DNA of 64,000 nt from Acidimicrobiaceae bacterium (GCA_003142095.1 PLON01000041.1:73228-137227); one strand, 5' to 3'; counted from the stretch's first letter, positions 8,227 through 18,179 are shown. The notes: generated by a model from the letters alone, not told the origin. Made by a program: numbers and translations.

Positions 8227-9630
8227 ATGGTGTCCATGTCTCGTCGTCAATTACTCCAAGTTGGCGGTGCATTCGGGGTTGCGGCTGCAGTCAATCCCCT
8301 GTGGGATCCGGGCACCGCCAACGCATACGCAACGACTGTCCGCCAACCGAACAGTCTTCCGCGACCGACGGTACCGGCGGGCACCGTCGATGAGTCCATG
8401 CCCTTTGACCACATCGTGGTCGTGATGATGGAGAACCATTCCTTCGACAACTATCTGGGGGCTTTGAAGCCGTACGGCAAACCAGGCGCCCAGGGTCTGA
8501 CCTTCAACGCCAAGGGCGTCGCGACGAACACCAATCCCGGCCCGAGCGGTCACGTGCTGTCATTCCCCTTCACCACCACGGCGCAAGGCTCAGACGTCAC
8601 CCAGACCTGGAACGCCACGCACGCCCAGATCGACGCGGGCAAGATGGACGGCTTCGTCACGGGTAACTCCAATAGCCCCCAGGCCATGGGCTACTGGGGA
8701 CCCGAGGTCTTGCCCTTTGCGTACTCTTTCGCGAAAACGTTCACGGTCGCCAACCGTTGGTTCTCTTCGGCACCGTGTCAGACGTATCCGAATCGGCGGT
8801 TTCTCATGGCCGCCACGGCCTACGGCGACATCACCACCGACAGCTCGACAATCACGCTGACGCCCCCGCCCAACGGGACCATCTTCGATCGCTTGAACGC
8901 GCACCAACTTTCGTGGAAAAACTACTTCACCGATCTGCCCCAGACCGCGATCATTCCGTCGATCATTAAGAGCTATCCCACGAACGTGGTATCCATCGCT
9001 GAGTTTTTCGCCGACTGCGCGGCGGGAACGTTGCCGTCGGTCAGTTTCGTCGACCCGGAGTTCGGCGTCTTGAGTGAGATCGGCGCACCCCTCGTGGGAG
9101 TCGTCGGCGTCAACAATGTGGGCGTGGAGTTCAGCGAGCTGGGTGGCGACGAGGAGCCGCCTCAGGATCTCACCTACGGCGAGAACTGGGCGTATCAGGT
9201 TGTAGAGGCGGTTCTCCGCTCACCAGTATGGGCGAGGACCTTATTGATTTACACTTTCGACGAGCACGGAGGTTACTACGACCACGTGGCACCGCCGGCG
9301 GCCATCGCTCCGGACAGCATTGCCCCGGACCTCACTTCCACGGACGTAGCCGGGGGCTACAACCTGTACGGTCCGCGAGTGCCAGCGATTGTCGCCTCTC
9401 CCTATTCGAAGGCGAATGGCGTGAGCAACGTGGTGCACGACCACACGTCTGTGCTCGCCACGATCGAGGCGAAGTGGAACCTCCCGGCGCTCACGTACCG
9501 CGACGCAAACGCCGCAACGGTGCTCGACTTCCTCGACCTGTCGAAGCCCGCACTCTTGACGCCACCGGTTCTCGATCAGCCACTCGAGTTTCTGCGGCAG
9601 TTACTGAGCGATCTGAAAGGAGCATCGTGA
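8227..9630 (+). CDS. Tat-exported phospholipase C / phosphoesterase (PF04185)
   Basis: RBS AGGAGG, twin-arginine motif SRRQLL, DHIVVVMMENHSFDNYLG, QTYPNR nucleophile motif, TFDEHGGYYDHV, GPRVPAIVASP, DHTSVLATIE. Confidence 0.88.
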   Translation: MVSMSRRQLLQVGGAFGVAAAVNPLWDPGTANAYATTVRQPNSLPRPTVPAGTVDESMPFDHIVVVMMENHSFDNYLGALKPYGKPGAQGLTFNAKGVATNTNPGPSGHVLSFPFTTTAQGSDVTQTWNATHAQIDAGKMDGFVTGNSNSPQAMGYWGPEVLPFAYSFAKTFTVANRWFSSAPCQTYPNRRFLMAATAYGDITTDSSTITLTPPPNGTIFDRLNAHQLSWKNYFTDLPQTAIIPSIIKSYPTNVVSIAEFFADCAAGTLPSVSFVDPEFGVLSEIGAPLVGVVGVNNVGVEFSELGGDEEPPQDLTYGENWAYQVVEAVLRSPVWARTLLIYTFDEHGGYYDHVAPPAAIAPDSIAPDLTSTDVAGGYNLYGPRVPAIVASPYSKANGVSNVVHDHTSVLATIEAKWNLPALTYRDANAATVLDFLDLSKPALLTPPVLDQPLEFLRQLLSDLKGAS

Positions 9631-10823
9631 ACGCACGTTCATCTCGTGCGAGGACGCTCGTGGTCCTTAGTCTCTTGGGTGCACTGTCGCTACTCCTCGT
9701 CGCCGTCGCCCCCAGCGCCACAGCAAACTCGAGCGCCGTAGCGTTCAAACTTCCCGCCATCAAGCACGTGTGGAACATCGTGCTGGAGAACGAAGACTAT
9801 GCGTCGACCTTCGGTACACCCTCCGCTGACCCCTACCTCGCCGCGACCCTGCCAGGTGAAGGCGCGCTGCTCGAGGATTACTACGGCATTGGTCACGAGA
9901 GCAACGACAACTACATCACCTTCGTCTCGGGCCAACCCCCAAATCCCGACAACCAAGGCGACTGCCAAGTCTTTGCCAGCTTCGTCCCCTCAACGGTGTC
10001 GAACGGGATCGAGGGCGGTGTGGGGTGCGTCTATCCCTCGTCAATTGAGAACATCGGCAACCAACTGAGCGCGAAAGGCCTTTCGTGGAAGGCGTACGAG
10101 GAGGACATGGGGAATGATCCGACGCGAGAATCGGCCGCGTGCGGTCACCCGGCGCTCACTAGCGTCGACAACACCCAAGACGCCGAGGCGGGCGATGGCT
10201 ACGCGACGCGTCACGATCCTTTCGTCTACTTCGAGTCGGTCATCGACGATCAGTCGTACTGCGACGATCACGTGGTTGCGATGGGATCACCGAAGGGAGT
10301 CATGCCTACGTCGGCGCTCCCGGGAGAAACGGGTCTCGTCACGAGCCTAAAGTCCGCGTCCACGACACCCGCGTATTCGTTCATTACGCCCAACCTGTGC
10401 AACGACGGACACGACTATCCATGCAAGAACGAGACCAGCGGCGTCTCAGCCTTGGCCGATATTGACACGTTCCTGCAAACCTGGATTCCGATCATTCAGT
10501 CGTCGCCCGCGTACAAGCAAGGCGGACTCATCGAGATCACCTTCGACGAGTCTGACGGCGCTCAATCGGACTCGAGCGCGTGTTGCAACGAGACGCCGGG
10601 ACCAGCGTCGCCACTACCTGGCATCACGGGACCGGGCGGCGGACGCATTGGTGCGGTGTTGATCTCGCCGTTCATCAAGCCCGGTACCGTCTCGACGACG
10701 CCCTACAACCACTACTCGACGCTCGCGACGGACGAGTCCATCTTTGGCCTGTCTCGCCTCGGCGAGGCCAACACTGTCTCGAGCACCTTCGGGGCCGACG
10801 TGTTCACGAACATCAGGCGTTGA
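9627..10823 (+). CDS. Secreted acid phosphatase / phosphoesterase (SapM-like, PF04185)
   Basis: GTG at 9627 (GTGA overlap, RBS AAAGGAG), signal peptide, KHVWNIVLENEDY, GHESNDNY, RHDPF, ITPNLCNDGHD, ITFDE, YNHYSTLATDE. Confidence 0.85.
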   Translation: MNARSSRARTLVVLSLLGALSLLLVAVAPSATANSSAVAFKLPAIKHVWNIVLENEDYASTFGTPSADPYLAATLPGEGALLEDYYGIGHESNDNYITFVSGQPPNPDNQGDCQVFASFVPSTVSNGIEGGVGCVYPSSIENIGNQLSAKGLSWKAYEEDMGNDPTRESAACGHPALTSVDNTQDAEAGDGYATRHDPFVYFESVIDDQSYCDDHVVAMGSPKGVMPTSALPGETGLVTSLKSASTTPAYSFITPNLCNDGHDYPCKNETSGVSALADIDTFLQTWIPIIQSSPAYKQGGLIEITFDESDGAQSDSSACCNETPGPASPLPGITGPGGGRIGAVLISPFIKPGTVSTTPYNHYSTLATDESIFGLSRLGEANTVSSTFGADVFTNIRR

Positions 10824-10891
10824 TGTATTGGGTCTCCAACAAAGCTCACGCGGATCAGATGGCGGTTTCAAGGGGTGAGCGCAACATGTTC

Positions 10892-11737
10892 TCACCTCGA
10901 AAAGATGATCACCCGGTCGCCGGCGAGAAACGTTCGATCCTCGGCCTGCAGTCGAACGGCCCGCGCCAGCACCGTTCGTTCGACGTCGCGACCAATCGCC
11001 ACCAGATCCTTTGCCGATTTCGCGTGCGTGACGCGAGTCACGTCTTGCTCGATGATCGGTCCCTTATCGAGATCTGCGGTGACGTAATGGGCCGTCGCGC
11101 CGATTAGTTTCACGCCCCGCTCGTAGGCCTGGCGGTAGGGCTCGGCGCCTTCGAATCCAGGTAGAAACGAATGGTGGATGTTGATGATCTTCCCGCTCAT
11201 CGCTTCGCATACGTCGGGGGACAAGATCTGCATGTAACGCGCAAGAACAATGAAATCAATTGCGTGCTCTTGCACGAGTCCGAGCAGTGACAGTTCAGCC
11301 TGGGCTCTCGAATCCTGCGTGACGGGCAGATGCACGAAAGGTATGCCGTATCGATCGGCGAGTTCTGCGCAATCCGGATGGTTCGAGACAATGAGCGGGA
11401 TGTCGAGCGACAACTCACCAATATTCCAGCGGTAAAGAAGGTCAGCCAGACAGTGATCGGTCTTCGACACCATGACTAGCGCACGTCGGTGTTCGGACTC
11501 AGATCGAATCGTGAGGTGCGGACCGAATATTGAGAGCCGTTCGCCCAAGAGCGCCCGCACTTCATCAAGGTTTTTCGGGCTGTCAAATCCAATGCGCATA
11601 CAGAACATGCCCGTGGGCGGGTCAGAGAACTGGTCGCTCTCGAAGATATTGCCATCCACGTCGACGATTCCTTGCGAGGTTCCAAGAACAATTCCGGGCC
11701 GATCGGGACAGATCAGTGTGAGGATGTAGCGCTGCAA
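10892..11737 (-). CDS. purU: Formyltetrahydrofolate deformylase
   Basis: N-terminal ACT domain (CPDRPGIV), MVSKTDHCLADLL, LARYMQILS, INIHHSFLPGFEGAEPYRQAYERGVKLIGATAHYVT, GPIIEQ. Confidence 0.95.
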   Translation of the reverse strand: MQRYILTLICPDRPGIVLGTSQGIVDVDGNIFESDQFSDPPTGMFCMRIGFDSPKNLDEVRALLGERLSIFGPHLTIRSESEHRRALVMVSKTDHCLADLLYRWNIGELSLDIPLIVSNHPDCAELADRYGIPFVHLPVTQDSRAQAELSLLGLVQEHAIDFIVLARYMQILSPDVCEAMSGKIINIHHSFLPGFEGAEPYRQAYERGVKLIGATAHYVTADLDKGPIIEQDVTRVTHAKSAKDLVAIGRDVERTVLARAVRLQAEDRTFLAGDRVIIFSR

Positions 11738-11762
11738 GTGGTCACCTTATATATGTGGGCAT

Positions 11763-11783
11763 TCTCTCGAACTGCTCGAGAGA
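11763..11783. promoter_or_regulatory. Short inverted repeat upstream of purU (possible operator or hairpin)
   Basis: TCTCTCGA-actgc-TCGAGAGA: 8-bp perfect arms, 26-46 bp upstream of the purU start. Confidence 0.3.
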
Positions 11784-11850
11784 TCATCTCGTCGTAGGCA
11801 TCATCTTAAGGAACCCGCGATGTCCCCGAGATCCGCAGCGATCGAATGTT

Positions 11851-12108
11851 CTAGTAGTAGAGGTACTCCGGCATGAAGTTCTGCAGCGGATTCGTCACGA
11901 GCCTATTCACACCATTGACGGACTTCGCCTTTAAGGTCTTGATGACCTCTCCAGTCGGGGTCGCCTCGGGCTGATACAGGACTGGAAGTTCCTTCGCCGT
12001 GTACTCGGCGTACGTCTTCACACTGGCCGTACCAAAGGTGGTCGCTTCGATGTCGCTGGTGGCGGTCGCGTTGGAGTAATCCCCAACGTTGAATCCGTCG
12101 CGGGAGCC
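11851..12108 (-). pseudogene. C-terminal remnant of a family-5 (oligopeptide) ABC substrate-binding protein
   Basis: Minus-strand frame reads GSRDGFNVGDYSNATATSDIEATTFGTASVKTYAEYTAKELPVLYQP...NPLQNFMPEYLYY*, resembling OppA-type C-termini. There is an in-frame stop shortly upstream, no start codon, and no permease genes nearby. Confidence 0.55.
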
Positions 12109-12206
12109 GCACTCACTCTTTCCGAGGACGACCTCGCCGAACTAAACGGCATCGCAGCGTCGGTACTCGACGCAGTCGATCGAGGTGTCGGTGCCTTACG
12201 TAGTTG

Positions 12207-12662
12207 TTACTTGATCGACGAATCGCCTTCCGTGCCGGTGAGGCGCGTCAGGATGTCCTCGAGATGTGCGAGGTCGGCTGGCGGCAACGACGCGAGGGTC
12301 CGCGGCGGTTCAGCGAGAACGCGTGCGGCGAGTCGCGCCGCTTCGCGGCCCGCCGGGGTCAGTTGCACTAATTTGCGCCGATGGTCGTCGGGGTGGGCGG
12401 TGCGTGCTGCCAATCCAAGTCCCTCGAGTTTGTCGACGATCACTGTTGCGTACGGAGCGTCGATGCAGTTTGCCTCGGCAATCTCACGAAGGGTCAAGGG
12501 TGCGTCCACTAAAAGCAAGAGAAGCTTGACGCGACCGAGTCCTCGACCGAGTCCGAGTATCTCCTGAAGTTCCCGGCGAGGTTCGTTGGCATCAACGAAG
12601 GTCTTGAGCGTCGTCCATACTCGCGTGGCGGCGTCATTGTCTGGCGACTGGGCTGAGGTCAC
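12207..12662 (-). CDS. MarR family transcriptional regulator
   Basis: wHTH pattern LTLREIAEA..IDAPYATVIVDKLEGLGL..R..HPDDHRRKLVQLTPAG; translationally coupled to the MFS gene. Confidence 0.9.
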   Translation of the reverse strand: MTSAQSPDNDAATRVWTTLKTFVDANEPRRELQEILGLGRGLGRVKLLLLLVDAPLTLREIAEANCIDAPYATVIVDKLEGLGLAARTAHPDDHRRKLVQLTPAGREAARLAARVLAEPPRTLASLPPADLAHLEDILTRLTGTEGDSSIK

Positions 12663-14083
12663 GAGACCCGCTCCTTCGAGCGACGCGCGAGTCGCTCACC
12701 GTTTCGCCGAGCCGTTTCTTGCGCCCATTCTCCCGTCGAGACAAGTCCGAGGAAAATTATTGCGACGCCGCAACCGGCGATGACCATCCAGGCCGCGTGA
12801 CTTGAGGAGATGAACGTGGCGCCCGTTCCTGCCGCCACGATCGATCCCGTGACGGCCACGCCCAGCGAAGATCCAACTTGTCGACTCGTCGACGCGACCG
12901 CACCCGCGACGCCCGCCTGATCGATTGGCATTCCCGACATCGCCGTATTGCTGATCGGCGCGTTGACGAGGCCGCAGCCAATACCGATGAATAGGTAGGC
13001 GACGATCAAGTAATAAATCGACGTGTGACCCGTCAAGTGCGTGAGGAGCAGTGCCCCCACAGCGAGCGGAACTCCCGCCAGAGCGAGGGGCAGGCGCGGC
13101 CCGCGACTCCCCACCAGGCTCCCGGACACGCGAGCGAATATGAAGAGCATGAGGGCCACCGGAAGTGTCAAGAGTCCCGACTCCAAAGCGCTGTAATGAC
13201 GGACGTCTTGGAGATAAAGGGTGTTGAGGAACAAGAATGCGCCCAAGACTCCAAAAGCGGCCACCGCCATCAAACTGGCCCCGGAGAACGGCACACTGCG
13301 AAAAAAGCGCACGTCGATTAAGGGCTCACGTCGGCGAAGTTCGGTCACCACGAGCGCCACTGCGCTTAGGGCACTGAGGACAAACAAGCCGAGGATGATC
13401 GGAGAGCTCCACCCACGATTGGGCCCCTCGATGATGCCGTAGGTCAACGACCCCAGCATCACCACCACGATTCCTTGACCAAAGGGGTCAATGCGGCGCG
13501 CTCTCGCCGCCTTGGACTCCGGCACGAAGATCTGCGTGAGGACAATCGCCGCCACGCCAATGGGTACGTTGATCCAAAAGATCGAACGCCAACCGATTCC
13601 CGAAACCAGCACGCCACCCACCACCGGCCCGAGCGCCAGACTCAACCCGAAGACCGATGCCCAGATTCCTATCGCCTTCGCGCGTTCTTTTGGATCAGTG
13701 AACGTGTTCACTATTATCGAAAGGGCCACGGGGTTGAGCATCGATCCACCGACTGCTTGCATTCCGCGGAAGGCGACGAGCCATCCGAGTCCCGGCGCGA
13801 CGCTACAGAGTAACGAGCCAAGCGCGAAGGTAAAGACGCCGATCTGGAATACTCGGCGACGACCGAAGCGATCAGCCATCGATCCCGACAGCATCAATAA
13901 GCAGGCGATCACGAGCGAGTAGGCGTCGATCGTCCACTGCAAGTCACTGACCGACGCATGAAAGTCGCGTTGAATCGATGGCAACGCCACGTTGACGATC
14001 GTGAGGTCGAGGCCCCCGATGAAAAGGCTCATGCAGCAGATCACCAAGATGAGGCTGCGCTGGCGGTAACTCGACTCAGCCAC
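12659..14083 (-). CDS. MFS DHA2-family (EmrB/QacA-like) efflux transporter
   Basis: LDLTIVNVALPSI, WTIDAYSL, GSMADRFGRRR, GPVVGGVL, WRSIFWINVPIG; 14 TMS. GTG at 14083 follows RBS GGAGG. Confidence 0.92.
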   Translation of the reverse strand: MAESSYRQRSLILVICCMSLFIGGLDLTIVNVALPSIQRDFHASVSDLQWTIDAYSLVIACLLMLSGSMADRFGRRRVFQIGVFTFALGSLLCSVAPGLGWLVAFRGMQAVGGSMLNPVALSIIVNTFTDPKERAKAIGIWASVFGLSLALGPVVGGVLVSGIGWRSIFWINVPIGVAAIVLTQIFVPESKAARARRIDPFGQGIVVVMLGSLTYGIIEGPNRGWSSPIILGLFVLSALSAVALVVTELRRREPLIDVRFFRSVPFSGASLMAVAAFGVLGAFLFLNTLYLQDVRHYSALESGLLTLPVALMLFIFARVSGSLVGSRGPRLPLALAGVPLAVGALLLTHLTGHTSIYYLIVAYLFIGIGCGLVNAPISNTAMSGMPIDQAGVAGAVASTSRQVGSSLGVAVTGSIVAAGTGATFISSSHAAWMVIAGCGVAIIFLGLVSTGEWAQETARRNGERLARRSKERVS

Positions 14084-14121
14084 GAAATTCCTCCGTCTTA
14101 GATCGTGCTTCACAACAATTA

Positions 14122-14139
14122 TATTGTGTTAACACAATA
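14122..14139. promoter_or_regulatory. Perfect 18-bp palindrome, probable MarR operator
   Basis: TATTGTGTTAACACAATA is self-complementary and lies in an AT-rich segment about 40 bp upstream of the MFS-marR operon. Confidence 0.7.
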
Positions 14140-14215
14140 GTTATATGACTAATGGATGTAAGAAAATTGAGTGGCGCAAGACTCTGCGGCTCCCGTTACG
14201 TCAGATCCGCCTGGC

Positions 14216-15949
14216 TCACTCTTTGACCAAATCGCGAAGATTGGTCTTTGCGAGTTCGATGATTTCGTCAGCTCCTCCCGACAAAATGGCCCTTGTCGCG
14301 TAGAGCGTGAAGCCCTTCGCTTGAGCCAAGGTCACTTTCGGCGGAAGAGACAACTCCTGGCGCGCAACGTGAACGTCGATGAGCGCCGGTCCAACGTGCG
14401 TGAAGGCTGACGTCAGAGCTCCTTCGAGTTCGTCCGACGTATCGACTGTTACTCCCATGACGCCAATGGCTCGCGCGACTGCCGCGAAGTCGGGATTATC
14501 GAGATCGGTTCCAAAATTGACGAATCCCGCTGCTTTCATTTCAAGTTCGACGAGCGAGAGAGCCCCATTGTTGAAGACCACAATCTTCACGGGAAGGTGT
14601 TGCTGGCGAAGTGTCACCAACTCTCCCATCAACATGGCGAGCCCCCCGTCACCGGTCAGGGTCACGATCTGTCGACCGGGCTGACACGACTGCGCGCCGA
14701 TTCCCTGGGGCAGGGCATTGGCCATGGATCCGTGGACGTACGAACCGAGCAGTCGACGCTGGCCATTCATGTGCAAGTACCGTGCCGCCCAAATAGACGG
14801 TGTGCCAACGTCGGCAATAAAGATCGCGTCTTCGCTGGCCAATCGATCAATGGCCGCCGCGACAAACTGAGGGTGCAGGGGTGTGCCGGGTTTCGAAGGG
14901 CTCGCCAGTCGATCGAGATCGGCGCGAGCGCGCCGGTAGTGTGCCGTCATCTGATCGAGGTGTTCGGTGTCGGCCTTCACCGTCAGCATGGGCAACAGCG
15001 CTTTGACGGTGTCCTTCACTGTGCCAACGAGAGGGACGTCGACCGCAACGCGACGACCGATCTGCTCGGGACGAACATCGACCTGAACGACGGAGACCCC
15101 CTCGGGAAAGAACGGTCGATACGGAAAGTCCGTGCCCAGCATTAGAAGAGCGTCACAGTGCTCCATGGCCCGGTATCCCGAGCTGAAGCCGAGGAGACCC
15201 GTCATACCCACGTCGTACGGATTGTCGTACTCGACGTACTCCTTACCGCGCAGCGCGTGAACGATCGGCGCTTTCAGCGACGCCGCGATCTGTATCAACT
15301 CATCGTGCGCACCCGCAACGCCCGCGCCCGCCAGAATGGTGACGCGGCTCGCGCCGTTTAATACTTCGGCCGCCTTCACGAGCGCGTCGTGAGCGGGGTG
15401 GTATACCGATTCGGTTTTGAAGATTGGTCGTACGGTCCATGAGTCGGGACTTTCAGCCAGAAAGACCTCACCGGGGATGACGACAACAGCGACACCGCGC
15501 CGTTCAATCGCCGTACGCATCGCGATCTCGAGAACGTGCGGCAACTGTTCGGGGATACTCACCAGTTCGCAGTACTGGCTGCACTCGCGAAACAGTTCTT
15601 GGGGGTGCGTCTCTTGGAAATATCCCCCGCCAATCTCGTCTCTCGGAATGTGCGCGGCGATGGCCAGCACCGGTACTCGACTGCGATTCGCGTCGAAGAG
15701 GCCATTAATGAGATGCAGGTTGCCCGGTCCACAACTTGCCGCGCATACCGCTAGCTCGCCCGTAACGGCGGCCTCGGCGCCCGCCGCGAAAGCCGCCGCT
15801 TCTTCGTGGCGGACGTGAGTCCACTCGATGTTGCCGTTTCGACGAAGCGCGTCAGTGAACCCGTTCAGCGAATCGCCGGGGAGTCCGTAAATTCGACGAA
15901 CTCCCGACGCTTGCAGAGTTGAAATGATGTTGTCGGCCACAGTGGGCAT
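14216..15949 (-). CDS. poxB: Pyruvate dehydrogenase (quinone), thiamine-diphosphate dependent
   Basis: IYGLPGDSLN, VRHEEAAAFAAGAEA, SCGPGNLHLINGLFDA, YFQETHP, HGSMANALPQ, TGDGGLAM..G...NN. Confidence 0.93.
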   Translation of the reverse strand: MPTVADNIISTLQASGVRRIYGLPGDSLNGFTDALRRNGNIEWTHVRHEEAAAFAAGAEAAVTGELAVCAASCGPGNLHLINGLFDANRSRVPVLAIAAHIPRDEIGGGYFQETHPQELFRECSQYCELVSIPEQLPHVLEIAMRTAIERRGVAVVVIPGEVFLAESPDSWTVRPIFKTESVYHPAHDALVKAAEVLNGASRVTILAGAGVAGAHDELIQIAASLKAPIVHALRGKEYVEYDNPYDVGMTGLLGFSSGYRAMEHCDALLMLGTDFPYRPFFPEGVSVVQVDVRPEQIGRRVAVDVPLVGTVKDTVKALLPMLTVKADTEHLDQMTAHYRRARADLDRLASPSKPGTPLHPQFVAAAIDRLASEDAIFIADVGTPSIWAARYLHMNGQRRLLGSYVHGSMANALPQGIGAQSCQPGRQIVTLTGDGGLAMLMGELVTLRQQHLPVKIVVFNNGALSLVELEMKAAGFVNFGTDLDNPDFAAVARAIGVMGVTVDTSDELEGALTSAFTHVGPALIDVHVARQELSLPPKVTLAQAKGFTLYATRAILSGGADEIIELAKTNLRDLVKE

Positions 15950-16126
15950 CGTTACCCCCTCACATAGAAGTTGTTCCTGGGACAGAGTATGAATCGACTT
16001 CGTCGCACGGGTCCAACGTAATGGAGAATGAATCGCACACTCAAGAGTCAGTCATGTGCACATCGATTCGCTGAACCGTCGTGCTGGTAGAACTTGAGTC
16101 ACGACTGCGCCCGAGGAGGCTGACCC

Positions 16127-17059
16127 GTGGAACTTCGAATTTTTTGTGAGCCTCAACAGGGCGCCACGTACGATCAGATTCTCGGACTGGCCCTGGCCGC
16201 AGAGGAAGGCGACTTTGGCGCATTCTTTCGCTCCGATCACTATCTAAAAATGGGCGCCGTGAGCGGACTTCCGGGGCCGACTGACGCCTGGATCACCCTT
16301 GCGGGACTCGCGCGCGACACGAGCCGCATCCGTCTGGGGACCCTGCTCACGTCGGCGACGTTTCGTCTCCCTGGTCCGCTGGCCATCAGCGTCGCTGAGG
16401 TTGACGCCATGAGCGGGGGTCGCGTGGAACTCGGACTCGGCGCCGGCTGGTTCGACGACGAGCACACCGCGTACGGAATACCGTTTCCTTCGTTGGCCGA
16501 ACGCTTCGAGAAGCTCGAAGAACAACTCGCCATTATCACCGGACTGTGGAGTGCCGAGGTCGGAAGTACTTACCATTTCTACGGCAAGCACTACTCGCTA
16601 ACGAATAGCCCGGCGTTGCCCAAGCCCTTCCAATCACCGCGCCCACCACTCATCGTCGGCGGTCACGGAGCCAAGCGCACTCCTCGACTCGCGGCCACGT
16701 ACGCCGATGAATTCAACGTTCCGTTCTCTCCCATCGATGTGAGTAAGACCCAATTTGAGCGGGTCGACGTGGCGTGCGCCGCCCTCGCCCGGGATCCGGA
16801 GTCGATTCTCCGCTCCGTTGCCGTTGTCGTGTGCTGCGGCGAGAACGACGCCGAGGTCGCACGACGAGCCGCCAACATTGGGCGCGACGTGGACGAAATG
16901 TCCCGCGACGGACTCGTCGGAACACCGGCGCAGTTAGTCCAAAAAATTGAGACGTACCACGAGATCGGTGTCTCACGCATTTACCTTCAAGTGCTCGAGA
17001 TGGATGATCTCGACCACGTGCGACTCATCGCGTCCGACGTGTTACCAGCGGTGAAGTAG
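16127..17059 (+). CDS. LLM-class F420-dependent oxidoreductase
   Basis: FFRSDHY, DAWITLAGLARDTSRIRLGT, GRVELGLGAGW..EH.AYG, PLIVGG.G.KRT..LAA.YADEFN; RBS GAGGAGG. Confidence 0.9.
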   Translation: MELRIFCEPQQGATYDQILGLALAAEEGDFGAFFRSDHYLKMGAVSGLPGPTDAWITLAGLARDTSRIRLGTLLTSATFRLPGPLAISVAEVDAMSGGRVELGLGAGWFDDEHTAYGIPFPSLAERFEKLEEQLAIITGLWSAEVGSTYHFYGKHYSLTNSPALPKPFQSPRPPLIVGGHGAKRTPRLAATYADEFNVPFSPIDVSKTQFERVDVACAALARDPESILRSVAVVVCCGENDAEVARRAANIGRDVDEMSRDGLVGTPAQLVQKIETYHEIGVSRIYLQVLEMDDLDHVRLIASDVLPAVK

Positions 17060-17063
17060 ACGG

Positions 17064-17531
17064 GTGCCACGACACAGCGCGGGACTACTTCTCTACCGCT
17101 TTAACGATGAGGCGCACATCGAAGTACTTGTCGTCCACCCAGGAGGACCATTCTGGGCGAAGAAGGACGACGGAGCGTGGTCACTTCCCAAAGGAGAGTA
17201 CGACCTCGGCGAAGAACCTTTGATCGTCGCCGGGCGCGAATTCGAAGAGGAGTTAGGGCAACCTCCCCCGTCGGGTCCACGGCGGGATCTCGGTGAACTA
17301 GACCAGTCGAGCGCAAAGCGGGTGCGCGCGTGGGCGATTGAGAGCGACCTGGACGCGGAACACATCATGAGCAATACGTTCGAAATTGAATGGCCACCGA
17401 AATCGGGCGCAATAGTCAGTTTTCCGGAAATAGATCGCGCAGCGTGGTTCTCCATTCCCGAGGCCAGAATCAAACTTCTTTCCGGCCAAGTCGGGTTCCT
17501 GGACCGACTCGTCGAAGCGCTCTCACAATAA
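17064..17531 (+). CDS. NUDIX family hydrolase
   Basis: HPGGPFWAKKDDGAWSLPKGE and Nudix box (GE...E.PL.VA.REFEEELG), FPEIDRAAWF. Confidence 0.88.
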   Translation: MPRHSAGLLLYRFNDEAHIEVLVVHPGGPFWAKKDDGAWSLPKGEYDLGEEPLIVAGREFEEELGQPPPSGPRRDLGELDQSSAKRVRAWAIESDLDAEHIMSNTFEIEWPPKSGAIVSFPEIDRAAWFSIPEARIKLLSGQVGFLDRLVEALSQ

Positions 17532-17657
17532 ATCATTGGAAACTGCGCTGCGACCTCTTAAGCCGCGCCACAACTAGTCGACGTCCGCTCGCGGAAGTTG
17601 CCTGGTACGTTCAGGTTGATGTCCTTCAGAGGTCAAACCATTCCATGGCGTGGCCGC

Positions 17658-18179
17658 ATGAACAGCGCGAGCGGCTCTTCGAGAAAGGTCACGACCCGAC
17701 GCGGCTCTTTCTTACGCGCCACGGCCGTAGTTGCGTCGCTCGCCGCCACGTTGGCACTCGCGGCGACACCGGCGCTGGCGGCGACCAAGTCGGCGCGCGA
17801 ACTCGTACCGGCGGGAGCCCACGTCCTGTATTGGGAGTACCCGATGCCCGTCGCTAGCGGAACGATTGATGGCACCGTCACGGTGAAAAACCAAGTCATC
17901 ATTAATGAAGTTCGCGCGTTGATCAACGCATTGCCGTTGAGCAACACGTTGCATCGGGCCTGCCCCGACGACATGATGTTGCCCGAAACCATCAGTTTCG
18001 CCGCGTCGACAAGGTCAGCACCGTTCACGAGAGTCGTTTTTCAACTCGGCGGGTGTCCGAGCGCGGAAGTCATCCAACACGGCAAGGTCGTGTTACCGAC
18101 TCTTGGCGGTCCGAACTTGTCGAGTACGTACTCAAAAATCGAACACCTCATTAGCCCGAACGGTCAGCCGCTCGCCTAA
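17658..18179 (+). CDS. Hypothetical secreted protein
   Basis: Basic N-terminus, hydrophobic stretch and AxA site (PALA-ATK); mature part of about 130 aa has two Cys; no family recognised. ATG at 17658 preferred. Confidence 0.6.
   Translation: MNSASGSSRKVTTRRGSFLRATAVVASLAATLALAATPALAATKSARELVPAGAHVLYWEYPMPVASGTIDGTVTVKNQVIINEVRALINALPLSNTLHRACPDDMMLPETISFAASTRSAPFTRVVFQLGGCPSAEVIQHGKVVLPTLGGPNLSSTYSKIEHLISPNGQPLA

Noticed and set aside
11738-11850. Possible ZTP (pfl) riboswitch upstream of purU
   Set aside because: No GACTG/GCCTGGG-type consensus is visible.
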